Below the pieces are notes generated by a model. The model made no database searches, had not been told where the DNA came from, and worked only from the letters and a program-made list of their open reading frames with translations. A DNA stretch of 64,000 nucleotides, taken from contig CM022670.1 in NCBI GenBank assembly GCA_012295275.1, forward strand, positions 29,202,001 to 29,266,000. The letters are read 5' to 3'. Shown piece by piece: positions 41,201 through 54,110 of this stretch. Each line of letters starts with the position of its first letter. The first letter of the stretch is position 1. This stretch comes from Chrysomallon squamiferum. Lineage: Eukaryota > Animalia > Mollusca. Both the position numbers and the translations under genes were made by a program.

Positions 41201-44200
41201 CTTTTGACTAATTTTTATTTAAGATGGCAACATTATTAAATTATTATTATTCTAATAAAAGGCTTTTGACGTATTCATATTTTGTATCACATATTTTCCA
41301 TTTTGTTTCCTATAACTAATTTAAACAATGAGTAAGATCTTGTAATTATTTTAAAATCTTAGTCAAAACAAAATTAATAAATGAGCAATTACATAAAATA
41401 AAGGAATTTAATTGCTGAATGTTATGAAAAAACACTCCAGCTTAAAACAATTTAAAAAAATAAAAAATATGAAAACAGCCACACAAAAAATAAGAATAAA
41501 ATAACAAATATAGAATATTTTCCAATATTTCATTTCAGAATTTTTTAAACCATAGACTAAATGCTTCTTGGTTTTATTTTGAAATTTATATATTAATTGA
41601 ATATCTACTAATACATTTTGTTTTATGTCTGTATTTTATTGAGTAACTTCTATTCATCATTTATATTGTTTTTACCTTTTTTGCCATGCACAATGTCCGA
41701 AGACCTCTCATTGCATAATTTGTTAAATGTTCCAGAGTTTTATGCTCCTGGTATTTGAATTCACCTTCTGCAACAATCAACACAGATGTTTATACATTAA
41801 ATAGGCACTGAAAATTAGGAATATTTTAAATTATCATTTCTCCTATAACCATAAAATATAATAATGCACACATAAACACAACAATATAAAAAAAATAAAA
41901 AAAATTAACGAACTTATATGTTAAATTTATTTTATGCTATAATTATTATTATCATTTTAAATTTAAATGTTTATGTATGTGTTAGAAATTACACTTGAAT
42001 AAAGTACTTGAAGCTATATAAAAAAGTGTTAAATTAAGAAAGAAAAGAAATAATATAGAATTTAAAATAAATGTTAGCTTTAAGATTAAATTATTTTTTT
42101 AGAAATGAAAATTTACCTCTGTAGTTTTTATTAAGTACACTTAAAATAGCTGAATCAGCTCCTTTTGTATAAAGTGTTATCTCTCCTGATGTAGGATGTT
42201 TAAGTATCACAGACATGCGCTTGCGAAATGAGTCAAACTGAAGGATCTTTAAAATATCAAAATCCACTTTTCCTTCAGCTGAAAAGTTAAAACAAGAATG
42301 TAAGAAACTGATAATTTCAAAGAGAAAAAGAACAATCTCTTTTAGTTATAAGTTAACAAACCTGGCAAATACACTGAAACTTTTTCTGGAGACCTCTGTA
42401 ACAGACAACATCCATAGGCACTGGCTGCCTTAACCAGAGCCAGTTCATCAGGACTCTCAGCTTCGTACCGCATTCTAGATGAGGCATCTGACAAATAAGA
42501 GCTGGAAATGCTGCCTTCTGACTGTGTCACTATATCTCCATTCTCACTGGGGTTTAGTGAAACAAGTGATGATCTTGTTTTAAATCGTGATGGAGGTGTG
42601 CTACAGGACGACTCAGAGAGACGTCTGTAACGTTCAGCATAATGCTGGTTAATTCGAAGTTTGTCCACAGGATCACTTTCTATTAAACCTGTTGCATCCA
42701 TCTGCAAAAATAAAATTTAAATATAACTACAGACAGAAAATGGTATAAACATATAAATAATATGTTTAATATTTTTAACATATTACCATTATTAAAAACT
42801 GACAGTTTCATTGTCACTCTTTTGCTGAATTAGTTAAAATGGTGTGACTGAATTAAATTTAACTTTGTAATAAACTTATTTGAATGAAATAATAATTTTA
42901 AAAAATGACTGTTAATATATTTTATAGATCTACTGCTAGAAAAACAAATAAAAAAATGATGTTTAATAACAAAAATAACAAAAATGATATATTATAATTA
43001 ATTATGCTAAAAAATTTAATAAAACATTTATCAGTTATCCCAAATAATTACATATTATATAAACTAATTATTTCAAATACTCTTACATTATCTTTATGAG
43101 CATGGTGTGTAACAACCACTGTGTTGCATACTGTCATCAGCAGAAAGAATTCTTGGACACGTTTGACGTGTTCTGGAATGACAAGTTCTACACTTTCCAG
43201 ACTTCTTAAACACATGTTTGACATTTCACGCTGAAGTGCAGGCTCCAGGTTCAGGCTTTCTTGCATCTAAAACACACATACATGACAGTTATCAAATTTT
43301 AAAAATTTTTGAATGTGCAACAAAATAGGTAAAGAAAATTATATTATATTTGTTTTACCTTTTCCTTTCTTTTTTCTTTTTTTAAAATTGTTAACAATAC
43401 ATAAAGTATCATAAAATCAAATCATTTCACATTCTCTGTCAAGATGTTTACTCTGTACTCTGAAAGCTGTTTTCTGTCAGACGAAATATACTCACAGAAC
43501 TGCATCTACTCATGGAAGCTACAGAATTGCGACTGCCCAGATAACTTTCTTCTGATTCACTGTCACCTGATAAAGAAACATTATAAAATAAATACAAATA
43601 AAAACACATCAAACAGTCAGTTAAATTATTAATTATCAGGTAAAATGCAATTTTTTTTAACATAATTCAGACTGAATTTATTAGCAAAAAATGTCAGAAA
43701 CAAATATGACAATATATAAAAATTATGAACTTGATTATAGTACTAAAAAAATAAACATCTGACAATACATTTCAATATCAAAATGTACTTTTAATAATAG
43801 TTTTACTTTATATCACTCATGTGAAATGGGTCTTTCTGATATTTCTGAGAAAATGTAAGGCCTAGAATAGACATGAAGATGATACAATGGCATATAATAA
43901 CCCGACTAAATTACCTGGTAAATGAGGATAGTCCACTCCACCAATAGTGCAACTTTTGAATTCCATTTTGTTTTCAGTGAGTGTTCCAGTCTTATCAGAA
44001 AATATGTACTGAATCTGACCCAAGTCTTCTGTAATGTTGAGAGCTCTACATTCAATACGCTTGTTGGACTCTTCATGGTAGATTTCAATGTCCTGATTTA
44101 TGAAATAAATCTGTCCCAGTTTGACTAGCTCCACTGATACGTACAAGGGCAGAGGAATCACAGCCTGAAATATTTAAATATTTGACAAAAAAATACAGCT

Positions 44201-47200
44201 GATGTGTATGTGGTAAAATCCGTGTGTTCAAGTACATGTGTGGATTACGTTCATGTGCAAATTTAAAAAAATATATAAATAATATATATTTATGCATATG
44301 ATACGTGCATGTGTTTGTGTGTATGCAAATGTTTGTGTGTGGTTATGTTTAGCTATTTTTCTTATTTCAAAGGGATACAGATAGTATTCTTCAATCATTT
44401 GTGTAGTTTAAACTATAAACTCACCTAAACTCTCTCTTGTTTTCATCTCTTTACAGTTAGCTTACATATTATTAATAAATATAATAAAGTGTGGTACCTG
44501 AAATATGATGATGTAAGTCCAGAATACAATAAAGCCCTGATAGAATGGACTGTATTGTTTTAAATCACCAAAAGGTATAAATGGAACTAAATTTGTGTTT
44601 TCAGTCAACTGATCATAATCTCCAAGCCAAATTCCACTCCCTGAATAAAAAACCAAAATTGTTTTGGATAATTAATAAAATAATTATTATAAAATGGTTT
44701 AAAACTTACTCCGACATTTACATTATTCTCAGTTTCATACAGAGTTTCAATGATGAAAAAGTTATAAAATTTACAATTTCAGCAATAATTCAAAGACTCC
44801 ACACTTCAGAGTAGAGGTAATATTTTTATTTACACAGAAAAAGCCTACATGTGTAAAATGTTGATAACATTTATCTTTATGTCTTTAGTAACAATTAACA
44901 TTCATAATTTCATTTTAATGTAACAATTAACCTTTTTAATTTCATTTATAACTAACACATTAAACTGTTAAATACACAAACCCACACAGGAAAAAGAAGG
45001 AACTGCTAACCAATTTAACATATGAAACTTTAGCTTGACAATATTAATATTGAATATTTATATCTGTTTTAAAAATTTTGGATGCAGATATTTTCTTTTT
45101 AAATACAATACTGACCTATGGCACAGAAGAAACACAGAAAAAGCAGCAGGATAACACACCAGATCACATCACGATTCAGCCTGCGCTCAAGTTTGCTCCT
45201 TTTGTATCTAGGACCACGGTTGTTTAACATGGCCTTTGTTTCATGACCTAGAGAAAAACAGTGATAAAATAATTACTGCTTACATTTTTCTCTTTATTAT
45301 TTTCTTAACATATTTATGGAAAGTAAAAATTTGAAATGAAATGTACTGAGAATATTTTTATAAAAGACAAAAACATACAATTATATTCAGTTCTTTTAAC
45401 GTTGTAAGCTTTAGTTAAAAAGCTGTTGGAAGTGATATTGAAAAATTAGACTAAATATACATATGTTGGTAAAATATTTTAAGAATTAGTCATCTGATTA
45501 GCTATATTAATTCTTTCAATAATATAAACTTGGTATTATGATTTAGAATAAAAATAGATAACTGATAAACAATCCTGTTATCTCAGACTAACATAAGAAA
45601 TAAGTAATTTACAAAAGCTGACCAGCATAAATCACAATTCCTTCGACATAATCAGTATTCCTGATAATACATCCACGAAGTAACAGGTTGTCATTATTCA
45701 AGGCTATTTTTTCATTATTATCTTGAACACTGCAATAAAAAGTATTAACATTTATGTGTTCATCAATATAATTTTATAATTAAGTGAAAATATAATAAAT
45801 AATGATTTCATACAAAAAGATTGAATTTGAATAATATTAAGTAATGACAAAAAGAAATAACTCATCTTGTTTCATTTTTTTAATTTAAAAACTTAAGTCA
45901 AAATTTTAATCCAAAATCCAAAAATGTCAATCTTTGATGAGATTTTAAACCCTAGAATAACATATATATCTATGTTATTTTATTAGCAATTTGTTTTACT
46001 ATTAACACTGATAAAAGGAAAATAATTTAAAATATACAAGACAAATACTGTTTTCAGTTACTGGTTTATTACTGGTTTGATCTGGCATAACAATAAAATA
46101 TAACTTCAAATACAAATTGTAAATGATAACCTGTGTTACATTTTTGTCCTTTCAAATTTATTTCATTGTTACACAGAATCTTTTTTCTTTCTTTTAAAAA
46201 AACAACAAAAAAAACCTAACAGTTTCTACCATTTACTGTTATCTGGTGTATATTTGTGCAATTCATTATCCAGGTGTTCAAAGACTACTTTAAAATACTG
46301 TTGTTGTTAACATGACAAATGTTGACTGATGCACTATCTTGATAAGTTGATGGTCTACTCACATCTGGCCTCGAAATTTGTAGATTTCAGAGTTTGGTAA
46401 TTCAACCTGCAGTTTGTGTCTAAAGTGGCTGGCTTCAAAATTTTCTTGCTGTTTGAAAATATAATGTGTACAAATTTAGAAAGTTCCAAATATTACATTT
46501 CTATATAATTTATATTTAATAATAATAACATTATGATTGTTATATATGGATTCATTTACATATTTCTGGTTGGATTATTTGAAATCTTTTTTTGAAAAAC
46601 AACAAATTTTAATAACTGTCTTCAATTTTAGTTTATAATGAAAATTGAAAGTTATGATTTTCTGCATCAACCAGCAAATGTTAAATAACTTTGGTTATCT
46701 GAATAATTAAACTGCATAATTTAAATATATTCCTGCCAATTTTTGTTAAATATTATATGTAGATTGTTCTCTGTTTGTCAGTCTACATTATCCATATGTA
46801 AAATAAAGGAAATTAAAAGATTACAATTAAATCTTGGTAGTTGTTGTGGAATATCCTAAACATTACAATAATACATAATTTGAATTGTTATTAATGACAA
46901 AAATAAATCTGTGCTTTGATCCAACGTATCTTTTGTACGTCTGTTTTTCAGTAGGATGGAACAGAATATACTTGATAACAGAATACTATAAATCAACTGC
47001 AGGCTGATTTTCTGGTTGATAGATTCAAAGGTTTCCCCAGGCCAAGTAGGTTACACAGTAATTTAACATCTGACCAATTATATGCATGTTTGTGTGTGTT
47101 TGTATATATATATATATATATATTGCTTAACAATAAATAATGAATCATAACATCAAAACACATTTTATACAAATAATTATATGTATATATATATATATAA

Positions 47201-48187
47201 AATTATTTGTATAAAATTGAGTAAACCACTTACCTGATAGTCCAAACCAGAAATAATCTGACGCTGTTTGAGATTATTCTCACCATCAAGATTTGATGTT
47301 TCAATGTGGCATATTCCCATAGAATCACTTGATCTTAACAACAAAATGTCTGCTGGTATTTCTTCATTGCAAGCAAGATGGACAAAATCACCAGCATAAA
47401 CTTTAGAAAAAATTGTTCTAACATATCTTTTCTCCTTTCTGGAAGACATAAAAATAAAACAAACACAAATTACAGGGAATTCCAAACAAAACATTTTAAA
47501 TGGCTTACTTTCAATGTTACAGCTAAAGGTATTTGACATGTGACTAATATTTCTGTTTAAGATATATTTTATTTATATCAGTTATTTATAAAAGTAAATA
47601 TAAATTCTAACTACATAGAGTATTATTAATTACAAATATTCAATGACAGTTTTCTAAAGAAAATAACATTTTATATTTAAAAAACCAAATAGTATAAATA
47701 TTTTGTTAAAATGAGGATAGTTTGTACTTAAGCACCTTTGTACAAATTTTTATAATTATACTTATACTAGTTTTAACTTATAGGTGTCTTACCTACAAAA
47801 TACTCGGCATGTCTGTTGATTGATTTTTTTGTCAGAACGATATCTTCTAAAATCTTCAAAAGAATCTTTTACTGCTGTGACCAATAACACAAATATCACT
47901 GGAACCATTGCAATTTCTTTACCAAAAGCTTGAACCTCTGGCACCCAATTTAAACACACCACAAATATAAAATAAAGATTTGCAAATCTATGAAACTGTT
48001 CAAATAGATTTTTTGGAACAAATGATAAAATGCTATATTTAGTTGTTTTAATTTTGTTGGTGCAATATCCGTAATTTGGATGATTTTTGGAATCAATTGG
48101 AATGTCATCTGGAACTGTATGGTTTGGTACAACAATCCGAAATTTGGGCCCCGTATTATGATTACGTTGAAATATATTCCCCATCAT
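35213..48187 (-). CDS. ATP10: Phospholipid-transporting P4-ATPase, class V (ATP10A/B/D-like), 22 coding exons, ~1240 aa
   Basis: Exons in transcript order: 48187-47793, 47438-47234, 46448-46363, 45729-45623, 45247-45116, 44640-44498, 44164-43915, 43566-43496, 43266-43087, 42701-42362, 42278-42117, 41767-41676, 40978-40852, 40463-40279, 39578-39387, 39182-39128, 38606-38404, 38099-37899, 37430-37350, 36503-36399, 36083-35896, 35435-35213. All GT-AG, 3723 nt in frame. Motifs: [26 protein letters not shown] phosphorylation site, [67 protein letters not shown] and [17 protein letters not shown] point to class V. Confidence 0.95.
41128..41270. repeat. Degenerate ~70-bp tandem repeat in an ATP10 intron
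   Basis: CTTTTGAC(TAATTT..TATT.AAGAT) recurs near 41129, 41201 and 41263, with ATTATTATTCTAA.AAAA before the last two. Confidence 0.7.
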
Positions 48188-48207
48188 GGATAAATGTTGG
48201 TTGAACA

Positions 48208-48832
48208 CTGAATATAAATAATATATATATATATTTTAAATTAGAAAAAACAAAATTTGTTTAATAAAAGTAGAAATTACGGTATGTTTGTTTTCATTTA
48301 ACATCTCAATTTTTCAAGTATGATTCTGTAGTATTTGATCCAAATCCTGCCGACAGATACTAGTCCAGGTCTGTATCAAAAGATTCTTATGCCAGCATAT
48401 CCTTGTAGACATGGCAGGTTTTTCTATATCCATATGCCACTTCAGAAAATTAATTATACAAAATATGACCGGTATTTCTTCAACGTCAGTGCAGGAAGTA
48501 TTAAAGATAAAACACTGTCGACTGTAGGTTATTTGGTTTGTCCACCGTATAAAGAATACTATTCTTGAAGTTACCAACGACAGTTTTCTTTAACATATAC
48601 ACTTTCTGGGTTAAACAAACCATCATTAAGCCAATCAATATATTTCCTAGTTATAGAATAAACATATCCAAACAAAATCATTCCTCCCAACCGGACAACA
48701 TGATGGCAACGACAAATGTGTGTACACAAAAACAAAATACTTATTTGTAATAATTTCATGAATTGGTTACGCTGATTTCATTTCACCAATGAAAATGCTT
48801 GTTACTCGATGACAAACGGGCACCTAACAAGT
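48208..48832. promoter_or_regulatory. Probable bidirectional promoter region for ATP10-like and COMMD8
   Basis: Divergent ATGs 646 bp apart (48187 and 48833). CG dinucleotides are visibly more frequent than in flanking introns. An acceptor at 48208-48210 implies an upstream untranslated ATP10 exon in or beyond this interval. Confidence 0.7.
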
Positions 48833-50959
48833 ATGGCGATTCCCCTGACGTCTGCGGAAGACGTAAATATCGCACTGAGCAAATGCTCATCTGCAGAAAT
48901 ACACAACGTAGTAACTCTTATTCGATTATAGCATAAATTACATTATTTCTAACAACTTAACGGGTAGACGAACAAATATTTTTCGTTAAATTTGTCTTAG
49001 TATGTTAGTAAACAGTGAAACATTGGTGTTATTGAGTTAACGCCCACCACCAACATATTGCATAATGAATCAAATGATGATCATGTTGAAGTATATATAC
49101 ATTTAATATTTATAAATTGATAAATTAGGACTTTGTAAATAATATATTCTGCCCATTATTATTATAAATAACATTAAGAAATGAACTACATAAACGGCTA
49201 TTTCAGTATTTGATTGTTCCTTGAAATCAACAACAAAAATAAAATTAAATAAGAAGAAAAAGAAAGAGATAAATGGGCAGGAAATGGGCAGAAAGTTTTG
49301 TTTTTATTATTATTATTATTTTTTTTTTTCCTAGTTAGCACATCATGTAGCTCATCACATTTGCTTAGGGAGTCCACTTAATTATAATCAGTATTCAAAA
49401 CACTGGACTTCAGCAGAATGGTGGAATGTGACTGACTTTCTTTTTTCATTATTCAAGACAGCTATCAAACATTCATGGTCAAAAGAACAGGTATTTTTAG
49501 ATACTGATGTTAACCATATATCCTTAACTAAATTTGTGTAATTCAAATTCCAAGTCTGTTATGATGCATTTCTTTTTGTTTTTATCAGTTTTAATTTTGA
49601 TCTTGTATCTCTGATATTATTGCATTATTAATATATCATTTTGACCTGATTATGTTAATATAAAGAAATTAGAAAAGTAATCTAAAATTACAACTGTTGC
49701 TGTCTTATTTCAGATATCAAGGATTTAACATGGGCTTTTTCTTTCATGCATTCTTTTTAAACAATTTATCAGTTCAAAATTTAATTTTTTGTTTAACATA
49801 ATCCAAATGTAAATTTACTGTTGTTTATTTCTTTTCTTTTTTAAAATTTCTTTTAGTTTACATTTGCTTATCCATTCCATTAAATTTTGAAAATATTGGG
49901 TATAATATATTTTGTTGAGATTTTCAAGGTAGTTGAAGAGTTAGGTACCTTACCTGAAAACACAAAGGAAAACCTGTTTGAGGTAATAACGGTACACAGA
50001 GATGCACTTCATCATCACTTCAAGGAACAAACTACTGCCATTTCACAAAATATATTAACAGACTTTGATTGGCAGCTAAAGGTAATCATTATTAAAAATA
50101 CAGTAATCTGAACTCTAAAGATTTTCCTAAAGAAATTGTCAGTACTGAATATTTTTTAGCTTATTATGATCAATATTGAATACTGAATATTATATAATAA
50201 AACAAAGACACAGGATGTAATAATGTCCTTGGAGCCAATATCAGTACTAAGTAACTGTTAGGGTGCTAGCCACATATTTAGTTGTAAAAGTGCATTTGGT
50301 TAAGTTTTTATATTTCAGTTAATAACATTCATATTTAATATTACTGCTAAATATAAATAAAGATAGCAATATAATCAGTATTTTGTTAATATAATGTTCA
50401 GGAAAATTTTTTTTTTTTTTTTATCTAACCAGCATTTCTTTTTGTCAAAACAAATTTCATAAACGTATGTTATTGACATTAACAGGGACTTGTACTGTTT
50501 AATTTATTTTCATTAAAAAAAATGTTCCACTTTCAGTTAGTTATGTCCAGTGACAAGATGGCGTCACTACATATACCATTACTAAATCTAGACATGCAGA
50601 TAAAAAATAGTGACAATGAAAATAAAATAGTTTCTCTTGAAATGGATCAAAAAGATGTGAAAACATTGTTATCTGCATTAGAAAGTGCTGGGAAGGTAAA
50701 TTTGTTATTATTTCACTATTGAATTATTTAAATGGAGGTTTTGTTACAAATTAAAATGATTTATTAAATCAAGACTTAAATAAGTTTCCATTGTTGTTTA
50801 TTTAAGCATATTATTCTTAGTTGTACTAACCTTAGTTCCCATATTTTGAGATGAGATCAAGCAAATAATTATATACTTTTAATCTAAATACTAATACTGT
50901 AAGGTTGTAAATTAATGTTTTTTCTTTTTAAATAGGTGCTACAACAACTGACAATATGA
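48833..50959 (+). CDS. COMMD8: COMM domain-containing protein 8, 5 exons, ~188 aa
   Basis: Exons 48833-48907 (donor could be 3 nt later), 49335-49490, 49929-50081, 50537-50695, 50936-50959, all phase 0. COMM domain [32 protein letters not shown]...SLEMDQKDVKTLLSALESAGK-VLQQL closely resembles COMMD8 (DFDWQVKLALSSDK). Confidence 0.9.
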
Positions 50960-51859
50960 TGATCAGTCTTCAAAGATAACATCAAGCTGACTTTAACTTC
51001 TATTTCCTAGTGACTGTCCTTGTTTTAATATTTAGAGGACTCATTATTAATAACATTGTCACAGCCATATGGAAACTGGAAGACTTTTCAGTGAATCCAT
51101 TCAAAATATTATTAAACACAAAACAGCATTATTTAGTGCAAACATTCTGAATGTAATGAATGATTAGTTATTTAAAGATTTCCTTTTCTTTTAAATGTGA
51201 GTTATAAACTTTGTTGAATGAATAAACTGCACAATTTAATTTACTGTTTGAAATTTAAAGATAAGAATTGAAATTATATCTGTAAATATATTTTGTAACC
51301 AAGAATAAAAAAATAAGTAAATACTTCATTTGTTGGGTATTTTTGTAACCGAAGAAGCACTAACTGAAGTTTACAATCAGCACAGCTGATAATCATGATT
51401 ATAAATTTGTAGCACAAATAATTTACTGAGAAGGAAACATACATTGCAGATTTGTATCAGGCAATTATGTCATGTTATACATGTGGCAAGGACCATTAAA
51501 TATGAACAAAAGGGAAACCCTGCTCTTCTTCAATTAGCAGATCCTTTTCACCCTAATGATAACCAGCTTTTGGGCAAAAATGATTATGCAAGCCAGCAAC
51601 CACTCTCACCTGATTCTGCCACCCTCCCAGTGGACTCTAGTATTAAAGGAGACAGATAGATATATATTGCACAGTAATAATTTTGGATTTATGGTTAATA
51701 AATAACATACAAACCGTGACAATAACAAAAAACCCAAATTTTGTATTAATTTTTTTATGGCATTCTAAAAATACACACTAGTCAGGATGTTCACACTTTC
51801 TTATTGTGAAAACATTACTGAATCAATCACTGAGTCTCTCAATGTTCATATATTAAAAG

Positions 51860-52451
51860 TTATTCGTCTTTGCTGAACTGTGAAGGAAGTTTCCTCTTTG
51901 CTCTCTCAAATTCTGAGTCACCATAGTCAATAACCAAGTAAGCTCCAATAAAAGCTGAAAACAAAGAAAAACATTTTATTAATCCAATAATTTAAACAAC
52001 CAATATCAGTGACAGTGTTATGCTAAGGTAAGATGCTGAAGTTGAGAAGAAAATGGGGTGCAAAGAACAGAAGCAGTATTGAATTATCTTCTACATATCC
52101 TAATTATAGCATACTGTTGTAATTTCCAATTTATGAAAGGTATATAAATACTACAGATTCAAGAAAATACATTGATACACAAAAGAAATTAATATTATTT
52201 GTATAATTATCCAACAATGTCACAAGATGCCTTAAATATATTTCTATAAAGTCTGGGTTTTTTAGAAAATTACTCACATTAAAAGAATTGAACTTACGTG
52301 GTACAACTTTAAACACTTGTTCTCTGAATCGTCTCCACATATTTGGAATCCCTTTTGAGATGGCACCTGCAAAGGCCTTTTGTTCAAATGGTGACAAACT
52401 GTGTTGGATTATCCCACGAACGTAAGTAAGCTGTCCAAAATGACGACCCAT
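51860..52451 (-). CDS. UQCRQ: Cytochrome b-c1 complex subunit 8 (QP-C), 2 coding exons, 82 aa
   Basis: Exons 52451-52298 and 51954-51860 (phase 1, GTAAGT...CAG). Protein MGRHFGQLTYVRGIIQHSLSPFEQKAFAGAISKGIPNMWRRFREQVFKVVPPFIGAYLVIDYGDSEFERAKRKLPSQFSKDE carries the MG..FG.L, SLSPFEQ.AF and RK.P..F..D signatures. Confidence 0.95.
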
Positions 52452-53633
52452 GTTGACTATAAAAAATACCAGTTTATTAGTAAAGAGTAACAATAGGCCT
52501 ACTGCTTACAGCCATCATCTTAAAATACCTAATTAGCCAACAGCAAAATAACAACAGCAGTCAGCAAATTCAGCTTCTAAATATATGTTTTTATACTGTT
52601 TATCCCAATCACTTAATCTTATTTAATAGTTATGAAGTTTTAAAGGGCCGACTTTAAAAAAATGCTATGTCACGAGTATGTGTATGTTACAATGTGATAT
52701 CAACATACAATGATACATGCATTTCAACTACCTACTGAATATATTCCAAAGATTGGAAACATTTTCTTGGTGGATGCCAGTATATACTTCAGACTGATAG
52801 TATGATTAAATTAAAAAGTTGTCTGTCTCGATATAAAAATTATTATATTAGTGTTACTTAAGTAAATAATATATTTAATACTTTAACCAAGTTTAAGTTT
52901 TAGTTTATAACCATAATATAATAACTATTCTATTTTTAATAATGATTTAATGATTAGTTACCCATTTTTCTCTTGTATCTATAAGCTGATGGATTAAGTG
53001 TGTCATACTTTTATATATTTGTTTACATCATGTTAAATTTTAAATTTATTTCACAAAACGTGAGATTGTTCGATTTGACAGAATGAGAATCGGTAAAAAG
53101 CAGAGGACAAACATTAAGATCAAGGTCAGATAATAACATTACACAAACTAGTAACTTAGAATTCATTTGTCACAAATAAACTGAAACGATAAAAAAATAA
53201 CATTAAAATAATATACGTTTAAAACAAAGCCAAAATATTACGTTTGTAGAATATTAACTGAGAACTTCTCTAATATGCTCCAACGTGAGAAATCCCACTG
53301 TGTGTTTGTACTCAATTCCACCCAAGCACTAAGAGCATTCGTGAAATATTAATACTGTAAAGTATGTGTTGGATTATAAATCTTATATATTTTATCATTT
53401 AACACATATTCAGTTTCAATATGGGTGGTGAAGTTTTAAAAGAGCGCTTAGCAAGAGTTTGTTTCATTAATATCTAAAACATTAATCCGTTGTTATTAGT
53501 GTCTTTAGCTCTTGATCTACTGATGAAGTGTATAGGTTATATTTGTTTAATTTCAGAAAATAATGTAGTTAACACCTATAATTTAAATAACCTATATTTA
53601 CAATAGTAACAATAAGAATAATAAAATAAAGTA

Positions 53634-53636
<3 letters not shown>

Positions 53637-53671
<35 letters not shown>
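53637..53671. repeat. (AC)n microsatellite
   Basis: Read directly from the sequence. Confidence 0.95.
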
Positions 53672-53673
<2 letters not shown>

Positions 53674-53855
53674 AAATATGATAACAGTAAGACGGTTACA
53701 AATAATTAGAACGCCACCATAAACTACAAGCGATTTCTTTTCTCAGTATTTTTAATTACAAAAAAAAAAAAATATGGTTGATATTTAACGGTTCAAGTAT
53801 TTTTTATTGTGGTATAGTCATTTAATTACTTATCGCACATAATGCAAGGACAATA

Positions 53856-53966
53856 TGAATGGGCAGACTATAATAGCAGTATACGTGTGTTGCATGTACA
53901 AATTGCTAATCTTATAAACATTATCAGTGTAATTATGCTGCATTTCAGAAGAGTGAAACTTTGATA
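53856..53966 (+). repeat. 111-bp direct repeat, copy 1 (just upstream of PHKA)
   Basis: Matches 61334-61444 with 7 substitutions by hand count and no gaps. Confidence 0.9.
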
Positions 53967-54110
53967 TTCAAAACTGTGTTTCATAATAACATCAGATTAC
54001 CAGATTTCAAAAACAGATAACGGTATTTGATATGACCTCGACCTTCACCTTCATTATAACAGAAGAAAATGTTGATGTTTTTACATATTCGATCTTATTA
54101 AGTCAACATT

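Larger units (their letters stand above)
52457..54110. promoter_or_regulatory. Divergent promoter interval for UQCRQ and PHKA
   Basis: Divergent ATGs 1660 bp apart. An acceptor at 52457-52459 implies a UQCRQ 5' untranslated exon. TCAAGGTCA at 53120-53128. Confidence 0.55.

Noticed and set aside
41128-41270. Spaced repeats as a CRISPR-like array
   Set aside because: Eukaryotic intron, units are similar along their whole length, and there are no unique spacers or cas genes.
48314-48759. Overlapping ORFs on both strands between ATP10 and COMMD8
   Set aside because: Explained by the higher GC of a promoter region, with no protein motifs.
51444-51659. 71-aa ORF between convergent COMMD8 and UQCRQ
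   Set aside because: Non-ATG start, no recognisable domain and no exon context.
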